Shown: piece after piece, positions 47,114 through 56,499 of the stretch
How positions within the stretch are numbered: the stretch's first letter is position 1
Layout of the letters: every line of letters starts with the position of its first letter
Assembly (NCBI GenBank): GCA_903847935.1
Contig: CAINEX010000108.1
Location: 514 to 64,513 of the forward strand
Source of the DNA: an uncultured Spartobacteria bacterium
GTDB lineage: Bacteria; Verrucomicrobiota; Verrucomicrobiia; Chthoniobacterales; UBA6821
Direction: 5' to 3'
DNA length: 64,000 nucleotides
The notes under the pieces: generated by a model
Database searches by the model: none
Seen by the model: only the letters and a program-made list of their open reading frames with translations
Told to the model about the DNA's origin: nothing
Program-made: the position numbers and the translations under genes

Positions 47114-47485
47114 ATGAAGTTCATCACATCATCCCTCCTGGCAGTTGCCATTCTTGGCGCAGTCGTAAACACCTCAAAGGCAGCAGACGAAGCCACAGCC
47201 GGCACTTTCCAGTGTATCTCCACTAAACTCACAATCGCCGACAAACAGGTTGATTCAGTCGTGCAGTGGAACACTAAAACCGGTGAAGCTCGTCTTCTCA
47301 ACGCTGCTTCCTTTGCTGACAAATCAACAGGACAACAGGGCAATCTGATCGGGTGGGTTCCTCTCACTGATCTCCAACAAGCCGTCCAAAACCTAGCCTC
47401 CCAGATTCAGGCCCAGCAGGCAGCAAAAGGATCGAATCCAGCACCTGCATCGACCCCAATCAAGCCCAAGAAGTCATCCAACTAA
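47114..47485 (+). CDS. Small secreted hypothetical protein
   Basis: 123 aa with a signal peptide (MKFITSSLLAVAILGAVVNTSKA/AD) and a Q/A/P-rich basic tail. I recognise no family. It is followed by a strong terminator. Confidence 0.6.
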   Translation: MKFITSSLLAVAILGAVVNTSKAADEATAGTFQCISTKLTIADKQVDSVVQWNTKTGEARLLNAASFADKSTGQQGNLIGWVPLTDLQQAVQNLASQIQAQQAAKGSNPAPASTPIKPKKSSN

Positions 47486-47504
47486 GCTATAACTTTCCTT
47501 TCTC

Positions 47505-47544
47505 AAAAAGCCGGAGTCTACTGAGAAGTAGCTCCGGCTTTTTT
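47505..47544. terminator. Bidirectional intrinsic terminator
   Basis: AAAAA-GCCGGAGtCTAC-tgagaa-GTAGCTCCGGC-TTTTTT forms an 11-bp stem with one bulge, an A-tract upstream and a T-tract downstream. It lies between the convergent genes 47114..47485 (+) and 47689..48705 (-). Confidence 0.85.
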
Positions 47545-47688
47545 GTGCCCTTCGGCTAGAAAGATACTCTGTGCCGCAAGCACTTCATCGCCCAAGGGCG
47601 TGGTCATGGGGTCAAAATTTTTAGCGATAGAAATTAATCTTCTTAATTCGCTATAATGGACAGACCCAAGAAAAAATCAGCAGTTCCT

Positions 47689-48705
47689 TCAGGAGATGCA
47701 GCAGGCGCCATCATGGTACCCGGGTTGAAGATGCATTGCATAATCGGCCCCACCTCGCGCCTGGATGGAAACAATAAACTTTTCACGCTCTTCCGGGGAC
47801 ATGGGATTGGCAGAATGGGCGGCAGCAACTGCCTGTTGAGCAAATGCCATGGAATCAATCCCAACGCACTGGGTCGTTAGATCGGGATAACTGAGAGCGT
47901 AGTTGATAACCTGATTGATGGAGACCATCCCATGCAAGTTTGCACGTTTGCTGCCGCCGAACCCTTTCATGCCGATGCAAGCGATCCCCTTCTCCTTGAG
48001 AAGGGGCATCACAACGGTGTCAAATTCCTTCGCATGGAGGGTGTTTCCAAGCACCGAGACTGGCATTAGCGAGGCATCAAATGGGAAACCGCCCTCAATC
48101 ATTTTCACATGAGCCTGCGGACTATCATGACCAGTAAAGCCGGTGTAGCGAACCATTCCTTTCCGCTGGGCCTCCACAAGAGCTTCAATGACTCCACCCT
48201 TGGCGTATGCAGGAGCGACATCCACATCCTTAACCTCATGGATCATCCAGAGATCGAGATGGTCTGTTTTCAGACGCTTCAGTTGCTCTTGGAGCATTTG
48301 GAGGGCTATTTCTTTATCACTGCCGGTGTAGGGCTGCTTGAAAGGTTTACCCCTGTGAATGCAAACCTTCGACATTATGTTCACCTTATCGCGCCATCCT
48401 CCGGCGAGTGCCTGCCCCATCCAGACCTCACCGCGTCCATCATGGTACTCATAGCAGTTGTCAAAAAAATTGACTCCTTGATCGATGGCATAGTGGGCAA
48501 TGTTGGTCGCCTCTTCCACCGTGGGAGCCAAAGCTAGGGTATGCCCTCCGAACCCAATAATGCTGAACATGTCGTCATGCCGGCCGAATTTGCGGCGGGG
48601 GATTGTTCCCGGTATGGTTTCGGGACTCGGGGTGGAGACACCCAGAGCCTGAGCTGCGGGGAGAAGGCCGAGCATGCCTAGAAAGGAACGACGTGTGAGG
48701 GACAT
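47689..48705 (-). CDS. Aldo/keto reductase with a twin-arginine (Tat) signal peptide
   Basis: The N-terminus MSLTRRSFLGMLGLLPAAQALG fits the Tat consensus (S/T-R-R-x-F-L). The body has AKR-like D/Y/K/H candidates (FDNCYEY, MSKV, MIHEV). Confidence 0.8.
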   Translation of the reverse strand: MSLTRRSFLGMLGLLPAAQALGVSTPSPETIPGTIPRRKFGRHDDMFSIIGFGGHTLALAPTVEEATNIAHYAIDQGVNFFDNCYEYHDGRGEVWMGQALAGGWRDKVNIMSKVCIHRGKPFKQPYTGSDKEIALQMLQEQLKRLKTDHLDLWMIHEVKDVDVAPAYAKGGVIEALVEAQRKGMVRYTGFTGHDSPQAHVKMIEGGFPFDASLMPVSVLGNTLHAKEFDTVVMPLLKEKGIACIGMKGFGGSKRANLHGMVSINQVINYALSYPDLTTQCVGIDSMAFAQQAVAAAHSANPMSPEEREKFIVSIQARGGADYAMHLQPGYHDGACCIS

Positions 48706-48759
48706 ATCAGGATGCTGATGCCTGAAGGCAGAGTATGAAAAGCTGATTTTTGCCCTAAT

Positions 48760-49578
48760 TTACAAAACTTTGGCCGGTTGCCGAGAGTTCATGGCCTCCT
48801 GCCTAACTCTCATTTCCTGTTCGTAGCATCGGCTATATCGGATAAAGACTGAAAAAGCCGTGGCATAGGCAATCCAGAAGCCGGCGAAACCATCAAGGAA
48901 TCCCAACCTTAGGAAATAGGCGCGTAAAAACCGCCAGAGTGGACGTAACAAGTTAGCGGCAAGGGACCATCGCTTTCCTTCCAAGACATGCCTGGCGAGG
49001 AATTCGTCTGAGAAAGGACCGATCTTATCGAGATAGCTTTGAATGGTCGGATATGAATCGTGAAGGAGATCACCCCTGAGGTGCTTCACGGAACCGTCGA
49101 CCTTTACCGTATCATGGGATGCATTCCCTTCCATGCGTGCCTTTTCTCGGCGAACAAGGCGGAGCTTTGTATCCGGATACCAGTCGCCATGATTGATCCA
49201 GCGACCAAGAAAACAGACTTTTCTGTTGAAGCAAGCGCCTTGAAACCAATCGGCATCGCCGCTCTCGAAAAATCCCGACATGGATTTGTGAAGTTCTTCG
49301 GAGAGCTCCTCATCACAGTCCATGATCAGCACCCAGGGCTGAGTGCAGTGATTAAGCGCCATCTGTTTCTGGGCAGAATGCCCCAGCCATTCCTGCGATA
49401 TGACAATTGCTCCCGAGGCTTCGGCAAGGTTTAGCGTCCCATCCGTTGATCCACTGTCGATCAAGATGATTTCACGCACAAGCCCAGCCGCGCTAGCGAG
49501 ACATTTCGCCAGCCGTCCGACCTCATTAAAGGAGGTGATTGCCAGGGATACCGGTGGCGGTGTCTTAAGAGAATTCAT
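48760..49578 (-). CDS. Family 2 glycosyltransferase (LPS-core type)
   Basis: 272 aa (VSLAITSFNE..., IDSGSTDGT, DCDE DxD-like motif) with a C-terminal membrane-associated segment. Confidence 0.8.
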   Translation of the reverse strand: MNSLKTPPPVSLAITSFNEVGRLAKCLASAAGLVREIILIDSGSTDGTLNLAEASGAIVISQEWLGHSAQKQMALNHCTQPWVLIMDCDEELSEELHKSMSGFFESGDADWFQGACFNRKVCFLGRWINHGDWYPDTKLRLVRREKARMEGNASHDTVKVDGSVKHLRGDLLHDSYPTIQSYLDKIGPFSDEFLARHVLEGKRWSLAANLLRPLWRFLRAYFLRLGFLDGFAGFWIAYATAFSVFIRYSRCYEQEMRVRQEAMNSRQPAKVL

Positions 49579-50384
49579 GGAGCTTTTTCGAACGCTTTGG
49601 CTCTCTCCCAGAGGGCGTTCATCTCCGCGAAGGAGAGTTTGGAAAACTCCATTTCGCTCGCGTTGTTAAAATGCTGACGTTCCATCGCCTCAAAGCGTCG
49701 GCAAAATTTTTCGGTAGCGGCATGCAAGCAGGACTCTGCATCAATAGAGAGAACCCTTGAGAGATTCACCACGGCAAAAAGCAGATCACCCACCTCCTCA
49801 TCCAATCGTTCGACGTCATTCCTCCCGTTCATCTCGACCTCCACTTCATGAATCTCCTCACGAACTTTCTCCAAGACATCTTTCGGATGCTCCCAGTCAA
49901 AACCTGCCTTGGCCGCTTTTGTTTGGATCTTCTGAGCCCTGACCAGAGCAGGAAAAGCCTTAGCCACACCAGCAAGGAGGGACTCCCTACCGTCAGGATC
50001 GAATCCTTTTGATTTCCTTTCGGAACGTTTAATCTCCTCCCACTGTGTAAGAACAGCATCGCTTGTCTCTGCCTTCGAATCGCGGAAAACATGGGGATGC
50101 CGACGCATCAGTTTCTCCGCAGCCTTTGCGGCGATCGTGTCGATCGTGAAGGATTGTTGCTCGGAAGCCATTTCTGCTTGCATCAGAAGATTGATCAGGA
50201 GATCGCCCAACTCTTCTTCAAGGTCACCGGATTGGCCGTGCTCAATGGCATCCACAACCTCGTAAGCTTCCTCAATCAGCGAGTGACAGAGAGAACGTGG
50301 AGTTTGTTCCTGATCCCAAGGGCACCCTCCGGGTGCACGCAAACGCGCAACGATCTCCTGGAGGTGATCCATGGAGGAGTTCAT
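49575..50384 (-). CDS. mazG: Nucleoside triphosphate pyrophosphohydrolase MazG
   Basis: LRAPGGCPWDQEQT plus two MazG EExxE/D repeats (EEAYEVVDAIE; EEIHEVEVE, EEVGDLLF). I prefer Met17 as the start. The track ORF extends to 50432 and would overlap the rhomboid gene by 32 nt. Confidence 0.88.
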   Translation of the reverse strand: MNSSMDHLQEIVARLRAPGGCPWDQEQTPRSLCHSLIEEAYEVVDAIEHGQSGDLEEELGDLLINLLMQAEMASEQQSFTIDTIAAKAAEKLMRRHPHVFRDSKAETSDAVLTQWEEIKRSERKSKGFDPDGRESLLAGVAKAFPALVRAQKIQTKAAKAGFDWEHPKDVLEKVREEIHEVEVEMNGRNDVERLDEEVGDLLFAVVNLSRVLSIDAESCLHAATEKFCRRFEAMERQHFNNASEMEFSKLSFAEMNALWERAKAFEKAP

Positions 50385-50400
50385 TTCAGAATCAGCATCC

Positions 50401-51306
50401 TTATCGCGGAGTTTCACCCGCCGTGCGAGCAAGGATCGCCTGGCGTGCTCGCTCCAGAGAGGAACGCTCCGCGGCCGTGAGACTCGTCATTCCCTTGCTA
50501 CTAATTTTCTCCAAGAGGCGGTCCATGACTGTCTCGGGATTAATCGCTTCACGGTTGCTCGCCATGGCCCCCATGCCCTTGGTTGTGCTTTTTTGATTGG
50601 ATGAAGCAAGTCCACCATTCAGCACGTCAAACGAACCGTGACGCTTTTTGAATGATTGAAAGGAGAGACTGAAAGACCAACCGAACAGGGGCTCTTCGAA
50701 TCCGGAACGTCTCATAAGCTGGATCGCCAGCACACTGGAGCAGGCAAGAACGAGAACCCGGGGTGATTGGTGATCGGCAAGCATCTGAAGTGAAGAGATG
50801 GCCAATAGTCCAACGAACACCCAGCGTGCGGCCAAGCCAAAAAAGAACTGCGCCCCGGGATGCATGGCCACAAAAGCGGCAAAAACTGCAAAATTCACCT
50901 CTTGGGATCCGACACTTGACTGGGGGATTCCCGCATAGGCAAATCCCTGAAGAAGCATCGGCCCCAACAGCAAGAGACCCGCATAGAGAATTCCGAAACG
51001 ACGCCATCCCAGCCCGTTCTCCACCTCACGCCCGAAATAATAGAGCATCAGCATTTCAAAGAGAAACCAGATGGAAGGCGTGGCCACAAAGGCATAGGTC
51101 AGAATCCGCCAAACCTGACCATGAGCCACCGCGACACTACTGTATGCGAGCGCATCGATCAGGGCCCCGTGACCTGCTGCAAGCAGGAGTGCCGCGACTA
51201 TCATTGTCGCGCTATGTAGCCCGACTAGGAGCGTGATAAGACGAACTGGAAAGTCCCCCAGATAAAAAAGAGGGTCGTTCGCCCTAGGAACAATGAAAGC
51301 TGACAT
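50401..51306 (-). CDS. Rhomboid-family membrane protein with a C-terminal soluble extension
   Basis: 301 aa with about six TM segments. Rhomboid-like features include a GxSxxxF-like segment (GSQEVNFAVFAAF) and a later histidine-containing TM. The last ~90 aa are hydrophilic and helical (MDRLLEKISSKGMTSLTAAERSSLERA). Confidence 0.65.
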   Translation of the reverse strand: MSAFIVPRANDPLFYLGDFPVRLITLLVGLHSATMIVAALLLAAGHGALIDALAYSSVAVAHGQVWRILTYAFVATPSIWFLFEMLMLYYFGREVENGLGWRRFGILYAGLLLLGPMLLQGFAYAGIPQSSVGSQEVNFAVFAAFVAMHPGAQFFFGLAARWVFVGLLAISSLQMLADHQSPRVLVLACSSVLAIQLMRRSGFEEPLFGWSFSLSFQSFKKRHGSFDVLNGGLASSNQKSTTKGMGAMASNREAINPETVMDRLLEKISSKGMTSLTAAERSSLERARQAILARTAGETPR

Positions 51307-51364
51307 GATTTGAAATTAACTGGTTCAGACTTCCAGACAAGGGGGAAGGAACAGGATGGCGAAT

Positions 51365-51829
51365 TTAAGCCTGATCATCCGGCCTCAGATGTCGTGAAAC
51401 CTCAATTTTCAGCGCTTTTAGGGAGAGAAATATGTCGGCCAACAGATATCCCATTGCTCCCAATAGGGCCGCCATATTCATGGAAAAAATCCCGACTACC
51501 ACCGTATCGATCGGCAGCACCCAGAAACCTTTCAGAAAGAGAAAAAGAACCATCAGGCAGGAGAAAAAGATGCTCATTACCAGAAGACAGACAGATAAGC
51601 GCAACAGAGAGGCTCTGCGAATGAGGATGCTCAACTGTGCCATGCTATCCTGGCGGGCTATCAGTTTCTCGAGGTCAAGTTCCTTGACGATGTTTCGGGA
51701 ACGGTCGATGGCGCGTCCCAAACGGTTCGTCACTGTTAGTAGCAGGAGACCCACAGCAGAAATCAGCACAGCGGGTGAAATCGACAACTGCATTAACTTC
51801 GAGAGCGACTCGATATTGAAGTTTTCCAT
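51365..51829 (-). CDS. DUF2721-like membrane protein
   Basis: From Met48 the sequence MENFNIESLSKLMQLSISPAVLISAVGLLLLTVTNRLGR... matches the size and layout of DUF2721 proteins, by recollection. The track ORF start (51970) would overlap pckG and adds a Cys-rich, non-conserved-looking N-terminus. Confidence 0.6.
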   Translation of the reverse strand: MENFNIESLSKLMQLSISPAVLISAVGLLLLTVTNRLGRAIDRSRNIVKELDLEKLIARQDSMAQLSILIRRASLLRLSVCLLVMSIFFSCLMVLFLFLKGFWVLPIDTVVVGIFSMNMAALLGAMGYLLADIFLSLKALKIEVSRHLRPDDQA

Positions 51830-51937
51830 ATCAGAGATCTTAAAAGGCACAGAGGAGCGGTAAGTACCATCTTCTCTCATACAATCTCGATCATTCATTC
51901 CTACGGGGCAAGTCTTTAGACATCGTGGCAAACCAGT

Positions 51938-53830
51938 ATGTCCCTTGCACTGCACGGAAAAATATCTCACAACATAGTTATGATCACTTCGACAACAGAC
52001 TCTGAACTTGGAATCAAGATCCCGATGATTACCAGCGTGACCGAATGGGTCAACGAGGTGGCTTCCATAACCACACCCGATTCGATTTTCTGGTGCGACG
52101 GATCCGAAGCGGAGGACAAGCTGATGCGCGAAAGGATCGTGGCCTCCGGAGCAGGTCTCTGGCTGAATGCCGATAAACGCCCCAACTCCCTTCTGGTTCG
52201 CAGTGATCCCCGTGATGTCGCACGCGTGGAGGAGCGCACCTTCATTTGCTGCAAATCCAAAAAGGACGCGGGACCCACTAATAATTGGCGCGACCCTGCA
52301 GTGATGAAGGCAAAGCTAAACGGCCTCCTCAAGGGATGCATGAAGGGTCGCACTCTGTACGTCATCCCCTTCAGCATGGGGCCGATTGGATCCCCCATCG
52401 CTCAGTACGGCATTGAAATCTCGGACAGCCCATATGTCGTGGCCAACATGCGTACCATGACACGGATGGGGTCCGCTGTTTACGATCAGATCGATAAGAT
52501 CGGAGATTTCGTCAAATGCCTGCATTCCGTTGGCATGCCGGTGGAGCATGACAAAAAAGATGTCCCTTGGCCCTGTGACCCCGAGAATACTTATGTCACC
52601 CACTTCCCTGAAGACCGACTGATCATCAGCTTTGGCTCGGGTTATGGCGGCAATGCCTTGCTTGGGAAAAAATGCTTTGCCTTGCGGATCGCCTCCGCCA
52701 TGGGACGTGACGAGGGATGGATGGCAGAGCACATGCTTATCCTCGGGGTCAAGGATCCCGCGGGAGTGAAAACCTACGTGACCGCTGCGTTCCCGAGTGC
52801 CTGCGGCAAAACGAACTTTGCCATGATCATCCCCCCAAAGCATCTCAAGGATGAGGGCTGGGAAGTCTCCTGCGTTGGCGATGATATCGCCTGGATCAAG
52901 CCCGGCCCCGACGGATGGCTTCGGGCAATCAATCCCGAGGCAGGATTCTTCGGCGTTGCCCCCGGCACCTCCTACGACAGCAACCCGATGGCAATGGACT
53001 CCATCAAAAAGGACACAATCTTCACGAACGTTGCCCTCACCGACGAGGGCAACGTCTGGTGGGAAGGAATGACAAAAGAGCCGCCAACTCACCTCATCGA
53101 TTGGAAGGGCAAGGATTGGACCCCGAATCAAAAGGATGCTGAGGGCAAGCCAATCCTCTCCAGTCATCCGAATAGCCGCTTCACCGCCCCCGCAGGCAAC
53201 TGTCCCATCATCGATCCTGACTGGGAAAATCCAGAGGGTGTCCGCATCAGCGCCATGATCTTCGGCGGCCGCAGGGCGACCACCATGCCCCTCATTTTCC
53301 AGGCCTTCAACTGGGTGCACGGCGTCTACCTAGGAGCCACGGTGGGCTCCGAAATGACGGCTGCAGCCGCAGGAACAATCGGCCAGGTGCGCCGTGATCC
53401 CATGGCGATGCTTCCCTTCTGCGGCTATAATATGGGCGATTACTTTGCTCACTGGCTCGAGATGCGTCGTCTTGTGAAATACGTCCCTCGGATCTTTCAT
53501 GTTAACTGGTTCCGCAAGAGCCCCGAAGGCAAGTTTCTCTGGCCGGGTTTCGGGGACAACATGCGGGTCCTCAAGTGGATCGTTCAGCGCTGCCAGCTAG
53601 GAGCCCATGCCCTTGAGACCTCGGTAGGCTGGGTCCCCGAGTACAAGGATCTCGACATGAAGGGACTTGAGGAAAAAATCACGCCCGCAGCCTTCGAGCA
53701 ATTGCAGGATATTAATCCTTCAGAGTGGCACCGTGAGCTACTGCTTCAGGATGAACTCTTCATGAAACTCTATAGCCACCTTCCGAAGGAACTCATCTTC
53801 CAGCGCGAACTCCTGATCTCAAGGCTCTGA
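51938..53830 (+). CDS. pckG: Phosphoenolpyruvate carboxykinase (GTP)
   Basis: [10 protein letters not shown]-loop, [10 protein letters not shown] and SSHPNSRFT motifs. The start is uncertain: Met1 at 51938, Met15 at 51980 or Met30. Confidence 0.93.
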   Translation: MSLALHGKISHNIVMITSTTDSELGIKIPMITSVTEWVNEVASITTPDSIFWCDGSEAEDKLMRERIVASGAGLWLNADKRPNSLLVRSDPRDVARVEERTFICCKSKKDAGPTNNWRDPAVMKAKLNGLLKGCMKGRTLYVIPFSMGPIGSPIAQYGIEISDSPYVVANMRTMTRMGSAVYDQIDKIGDFVKCLHSVGMPVEHDKKDVPWPCDPENTYVTHFPEDRLIISFGSGYGGNALLGKKCFALRIASAMGRDEGWMAEHMLILGVKDPAGVKTYVTAAFPSACGKTNFAMIIPPKHLKDEGWEVSCVGDDIAWIKPGPDGWLRAINPEAGFFGVAPGTSYDSNPMAMDSIKKDTIFTNVALTDEGNVWWEGMTKEPPTHLIDWKGKDWTPNQKDAEGKPILSSHPNSRFTAPAGNCPIIDPDWENPEGVRISAMIFGGRRATTMPLIFQAFNWVHGVYLGATVGSEMTAAAAGTIGQVRRDPMAMLPFCGYNMGDYFAHWLEMRRLVKYVPRIFHVNWFRKSPEGKFLWPGFGDNMRVLKWIVQRCQLGAHALETSVGWVPEYKDLDMKGLEEKITPAAFEQLQDINPSEWHRELLLQDELFMKLYSHLPKELIFQRELLISRL

Positions 53831-53920
53831 GATTTGGGGGCTATGATACATACATGGAACAGGCCCCAATGATTGGGGGCGCAGTCAACCTGAGGAGAAG
53901 GAGATCCGGATCCCTTAAGT

Positions 53921-54694
53921 TCAGGGGAGGAGCGGGGTGGCCGTGTCGGAGTGTATCCATCCTTGGGAGGCGTGTGGTCCGGAGCCTTCAGAAACATACC
54001 ACCAAGCTCCATTGCGTGACACAATCCTGATCAACGCACCAGGAACTACAGACCCCATCGAGGCGGCGTTATCGGCTGGAGTCGCTTTTAATTCCTGGGC
54101 TTCCTTGGCCGTGATGACGGCCTGCTTGGCCGCCAGGAATCTTGAATCGATCAGGGTCCCCAGCACACAGACACCATGCCCAGCAATCGCAAGGATTATT
54201 GCTAAAAGAACAAATCCTTTTTTCCTAGGCCCCGCCATCAAAAGAATGATCAGGCCGAAAATTCCAATCCACCCCATCACGGAACCACCCAGAATAAGGA
54301 ATTCCGGGGGAATCATCGTTGTGAGGGTTTCACGCCATCCGAATTCAAACGGAATACCAAGCCCTCCCAATAGAACACTCAATTGCCGGCGAGCCGGTGC
54401 AAATCCGGGATCAAGCAAAAGGGCTCTTCGGAAGGAGAGCGCGGCGGCGGGTGCATTTCCGTTTTTCTCCTCGGCAAGCCCACGGTTAAACCAGAGTTCC
54501 GCCGAACTTGATGCGGAGAGTGCTGGGGATGCAAGGATGGCCTTGTAGGATTCAAGGGCCTCGATGGGCCGCCCCCCGGCAAGCGCGGCATTCGCCGAAG
54601 CCATTTGTTCGCTCAGTCCGGCGTGGCCCAGATCTGTGGAATAAACAATAATCAGGCATCCGACAATGATGGTCCGAATCAGTTTTTTATTCAT
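53921..54694 (-). CDS. BatE-like protein (TPR, two TM segments, C-terminal SH3-like domain)
   Basis: 257 aa with a signal/anchor, TPR-like helices (WFNRGLAEEKNGNAPAAALSFRRALLLDP), two TM segments and a C-terminal SH3b-like region (ALIRIVSRNGAWWYV...QGWIHSD). Last gene of the Bat operon, overlapping batD by 8 nt. Confidence 0.7.
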   Translation of the reverse strand: MNKKLIRTIIVGCLIIVYSTDLGHAGLSEQMASANAALAGGRPIEALESYKAILASPALSASSSAELWFNRGLAEEKNGNAPAAALSFRRALLLDPGFAPARRQLSVLLGGLGIPFEFGWRETLTTMIPPEFLILGGSVMGWIGIFGLIILLMAGPRKKGFVLLAIILAIAGHGVCVLGTLIDSRFLAAKQAVITAKEAQELKATPADNAASMGSVVPGALIRIVSRNGAWWYVSEGSGPHASQGWIHSDTATPLLP

Positions 54695-56489
54695 GCTGGT
54701 GAGTCGGCACGGATGAGCAGAGTTCGGAGAGGAGTTGCTCCCTTTCCGATTTGGAGAGAGGAAAAGTCCCTCCTGTCCCGTATTTGAATTGATCGCGCCT
54801 AGCGATCATCGTGGCAAGCAGTGCTTCGGAGGAATCTCCCCGCAGAGTCATCTCCAGATATTCCACGGCTGCATCATAAGTGGAGGCGGCATCCATGGTT
54901 TCATCTTTAAGAATCACCCAAAGCGCCGAGAGACGTCGCTTGCGACGGGTGGCAGCAGTCCCCCCACGGGCTTGGAGATCTCGAAACCAAAGAGCAGCGG
55001 CAAGAGTTCCAGCACCAATGAGCATGGAGATCGAAGCTATGAAAAACTCGGATCGTTGAACCGGCGTCTTCCAAGAATGAAGGGTCAAACCCTGGATCGG
55101 ATCACCTTCCGGGGGCGTGAGGGAAGGGTGCGAGACGGGTGAAGGATTAGGGAGGGATTTTTTCCCTGGGAGGCTATTTCCTGGGGCAATCGTAGAGTTT
55201 CCGGGCGATGCATCGAGTGGAAGCGGTTTTGTGACGAGGGTCTGATATTTTCCAGATTGAGGATCAAAGAATGAAAATTCTGCTCCTGGCGATAACTTGG
55301 TCGGCTTTTGGGCAATCAAGGTGAAGTCGAATGACTTGACCCCCGTGTAGGAAAGTTCATCCGAACTGTCGAATCGATCGGTAGGCGGATAGGTTCTCCA
55401 ATCATCCGATGCCGTTAGCACCGGCGGTCCCATTCCCTTGAAATTTCCCTTGCCGCCGATTTTCACACTCAGTGTGGCGGGATCACCCGGTGCAAGGTGT
55501 TGATTGCTGACCATTGCATCAATGTCAAACTGACCAACGGCACCGGCAAAAGAGGCCGGCCTGCCCTCCTTGGGAAGAGGCAGCACCTCCAAGTGGAGTG
55601 GAGCCGTCTTGACCGCAAGCTCGCGCGTCTGACCAAAACGGGCCTGTCCTCCGAGCAGTTGCTGAAAAACCGGATCATCAAATCCCGGAGGAAGCTCTCC
55701 GGGCAATTGGATCTGACAGTCGAGTTTTGCCGGTGCAAGATCAATGGATCCCGGCTTCACTCCTGATAGTAGCGAACGAAAGGTCAGGACATTATAGAGA
55801 ACTCCATTCCGCTCCTCCCTCCCCTCCTTGGGTTCGGGAAAACGTTCCACAAGAACCCCCTCCCCTCCGAAATCTACATTTCCGCGGACTTGGGTTGCAT
55901 AACGGGCATCAAAATAATACCTGATCTCGACGGGCACCATTTCGCCCGCATAGAGAGTTTTTTTCGGGCAGTTGATCTCACCGAAGGCAACACTTGCTAT
56001 GTCAGGTTTTGAAGTGGCCGCGCGTTGTCTGGGTTGAGTAAAACCGAGGATACTCGATGTTGTTGAAGGAGGCTGGGCCAAAGGGGCCGCTGAGGAAGCG
56101 CTTGCATCCAACACAGAAAAGGTGAGGGATTGTGTTCTGAACTGACGTCCGTCAGCGGTCACGGTCACCGATGGGATCATGAATTTACCAGTGCGCAGGG
56201 GCATCACAATATAGCTGTACACAACAGAGGAGGACACCTTGAAGTCAACCATCTGCACCTGGGTGGACTGACCGGTAAGGCGGATATTTAATCCTTCGAC
56301 TGTAATCTGTTGGGGAACGTCAGCCTGCTGGGCTCCCGACACCTTGATCTGAAGCTCGGCCATGTCTCCGGAGTTTACCTCTTGTCTCGAGATCCCTGCG
56401 GTTACCGAGATCTCATCGGCAAGAAGCGGATTGATACCTCCCACAAGGAGGACAAGCGCCAAAATACTGGAAGACATTTTCTTCATCAC
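54687..56489 (-). CDS. batD: BatD-family protein
   Basis: 600 aa with a signal peptide, a large beta-rich ectodomain (ISRQEVNSGDMAELQIKV...), a C-terminal TM (FFIASISMLIGAGTLAAALWF) and a helical tail. The architecture and operon position match BatD. Confidence 0.75.
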   Translation of the reverse strand: MMKKMSSSILALVLLVGGINPLLADEISVTAGISRQEVNSGDMAELQIKVSGAQQADVPQQITVEGLNIRLTGQSTQVQMVDFKVSSSVVYSYIVMPLRTGKFMIPSVTVTADGRQFRTQSLTFSVLDASASSAAPLAQPPSTTSSILGFTQPRQRAATSKPDIASVAFGEINCPKKTLYAGEMVPVEIRYYFDARYATQVRGNVDFGGEGVLVERFPEPKEGREERNGVLYNVLTFRSLLSGVKPGSIDLAPAKLDCQIQLPGELPPGFDDPVFQQLLGGQARFGQTRELAVKTAPLHLEVLPLPKEGRPASFAGAVGQFDIDAMVSNQHLAPGDPATLSVKIGGKGNFKGMGPPVLTASDDWRTYPPTDRFDSSDELSYTGVKSFDFTLIAQKPTKLSPGAEFSFFDPQSGKYQTLVTKPLPLDASPGNSTIAPGNSLPGKKSLPNPSPVSHPSLTPPEGDPIQGLTLHSWKTPVQRSEFFIASISMLIGAGTLAAALWFRDLQARGGTAATRRKRRLSALWVILKDETMDAASTYDAAVEYLEMTLRGDSSEALLATMIARRDQFKYGTGGTFPLSKSEREQLLSELCSSVPTHQHE

Positions 56490-56499
56490 GTGAGATCTA

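Noticed and set aside
46849-47367. 172-aa minus-strand ORF spanning the HAD gene start and the small secreted-protein gene
   Set aside because: It overlaps two better-supported genes and their intergenic promoter region. Its Cys/Arg/Leu-rich composition looks unnatural.
52316-53320. Long antisense ORFs inside well-supported genes: 334 aa opposite pckG, plus 2209..2997 opposite prs, 5833..6573 opposite rho, 11900..12631 opposite uvrA, 40709..41395 opposite gyrA and 42109..42723 opposite lpxD
   Set aside because: These are typical shadow ORFs of GC-balanced, codon-biased genes. They have no domain resemblance, and the sense-strand genes are unambiguous.
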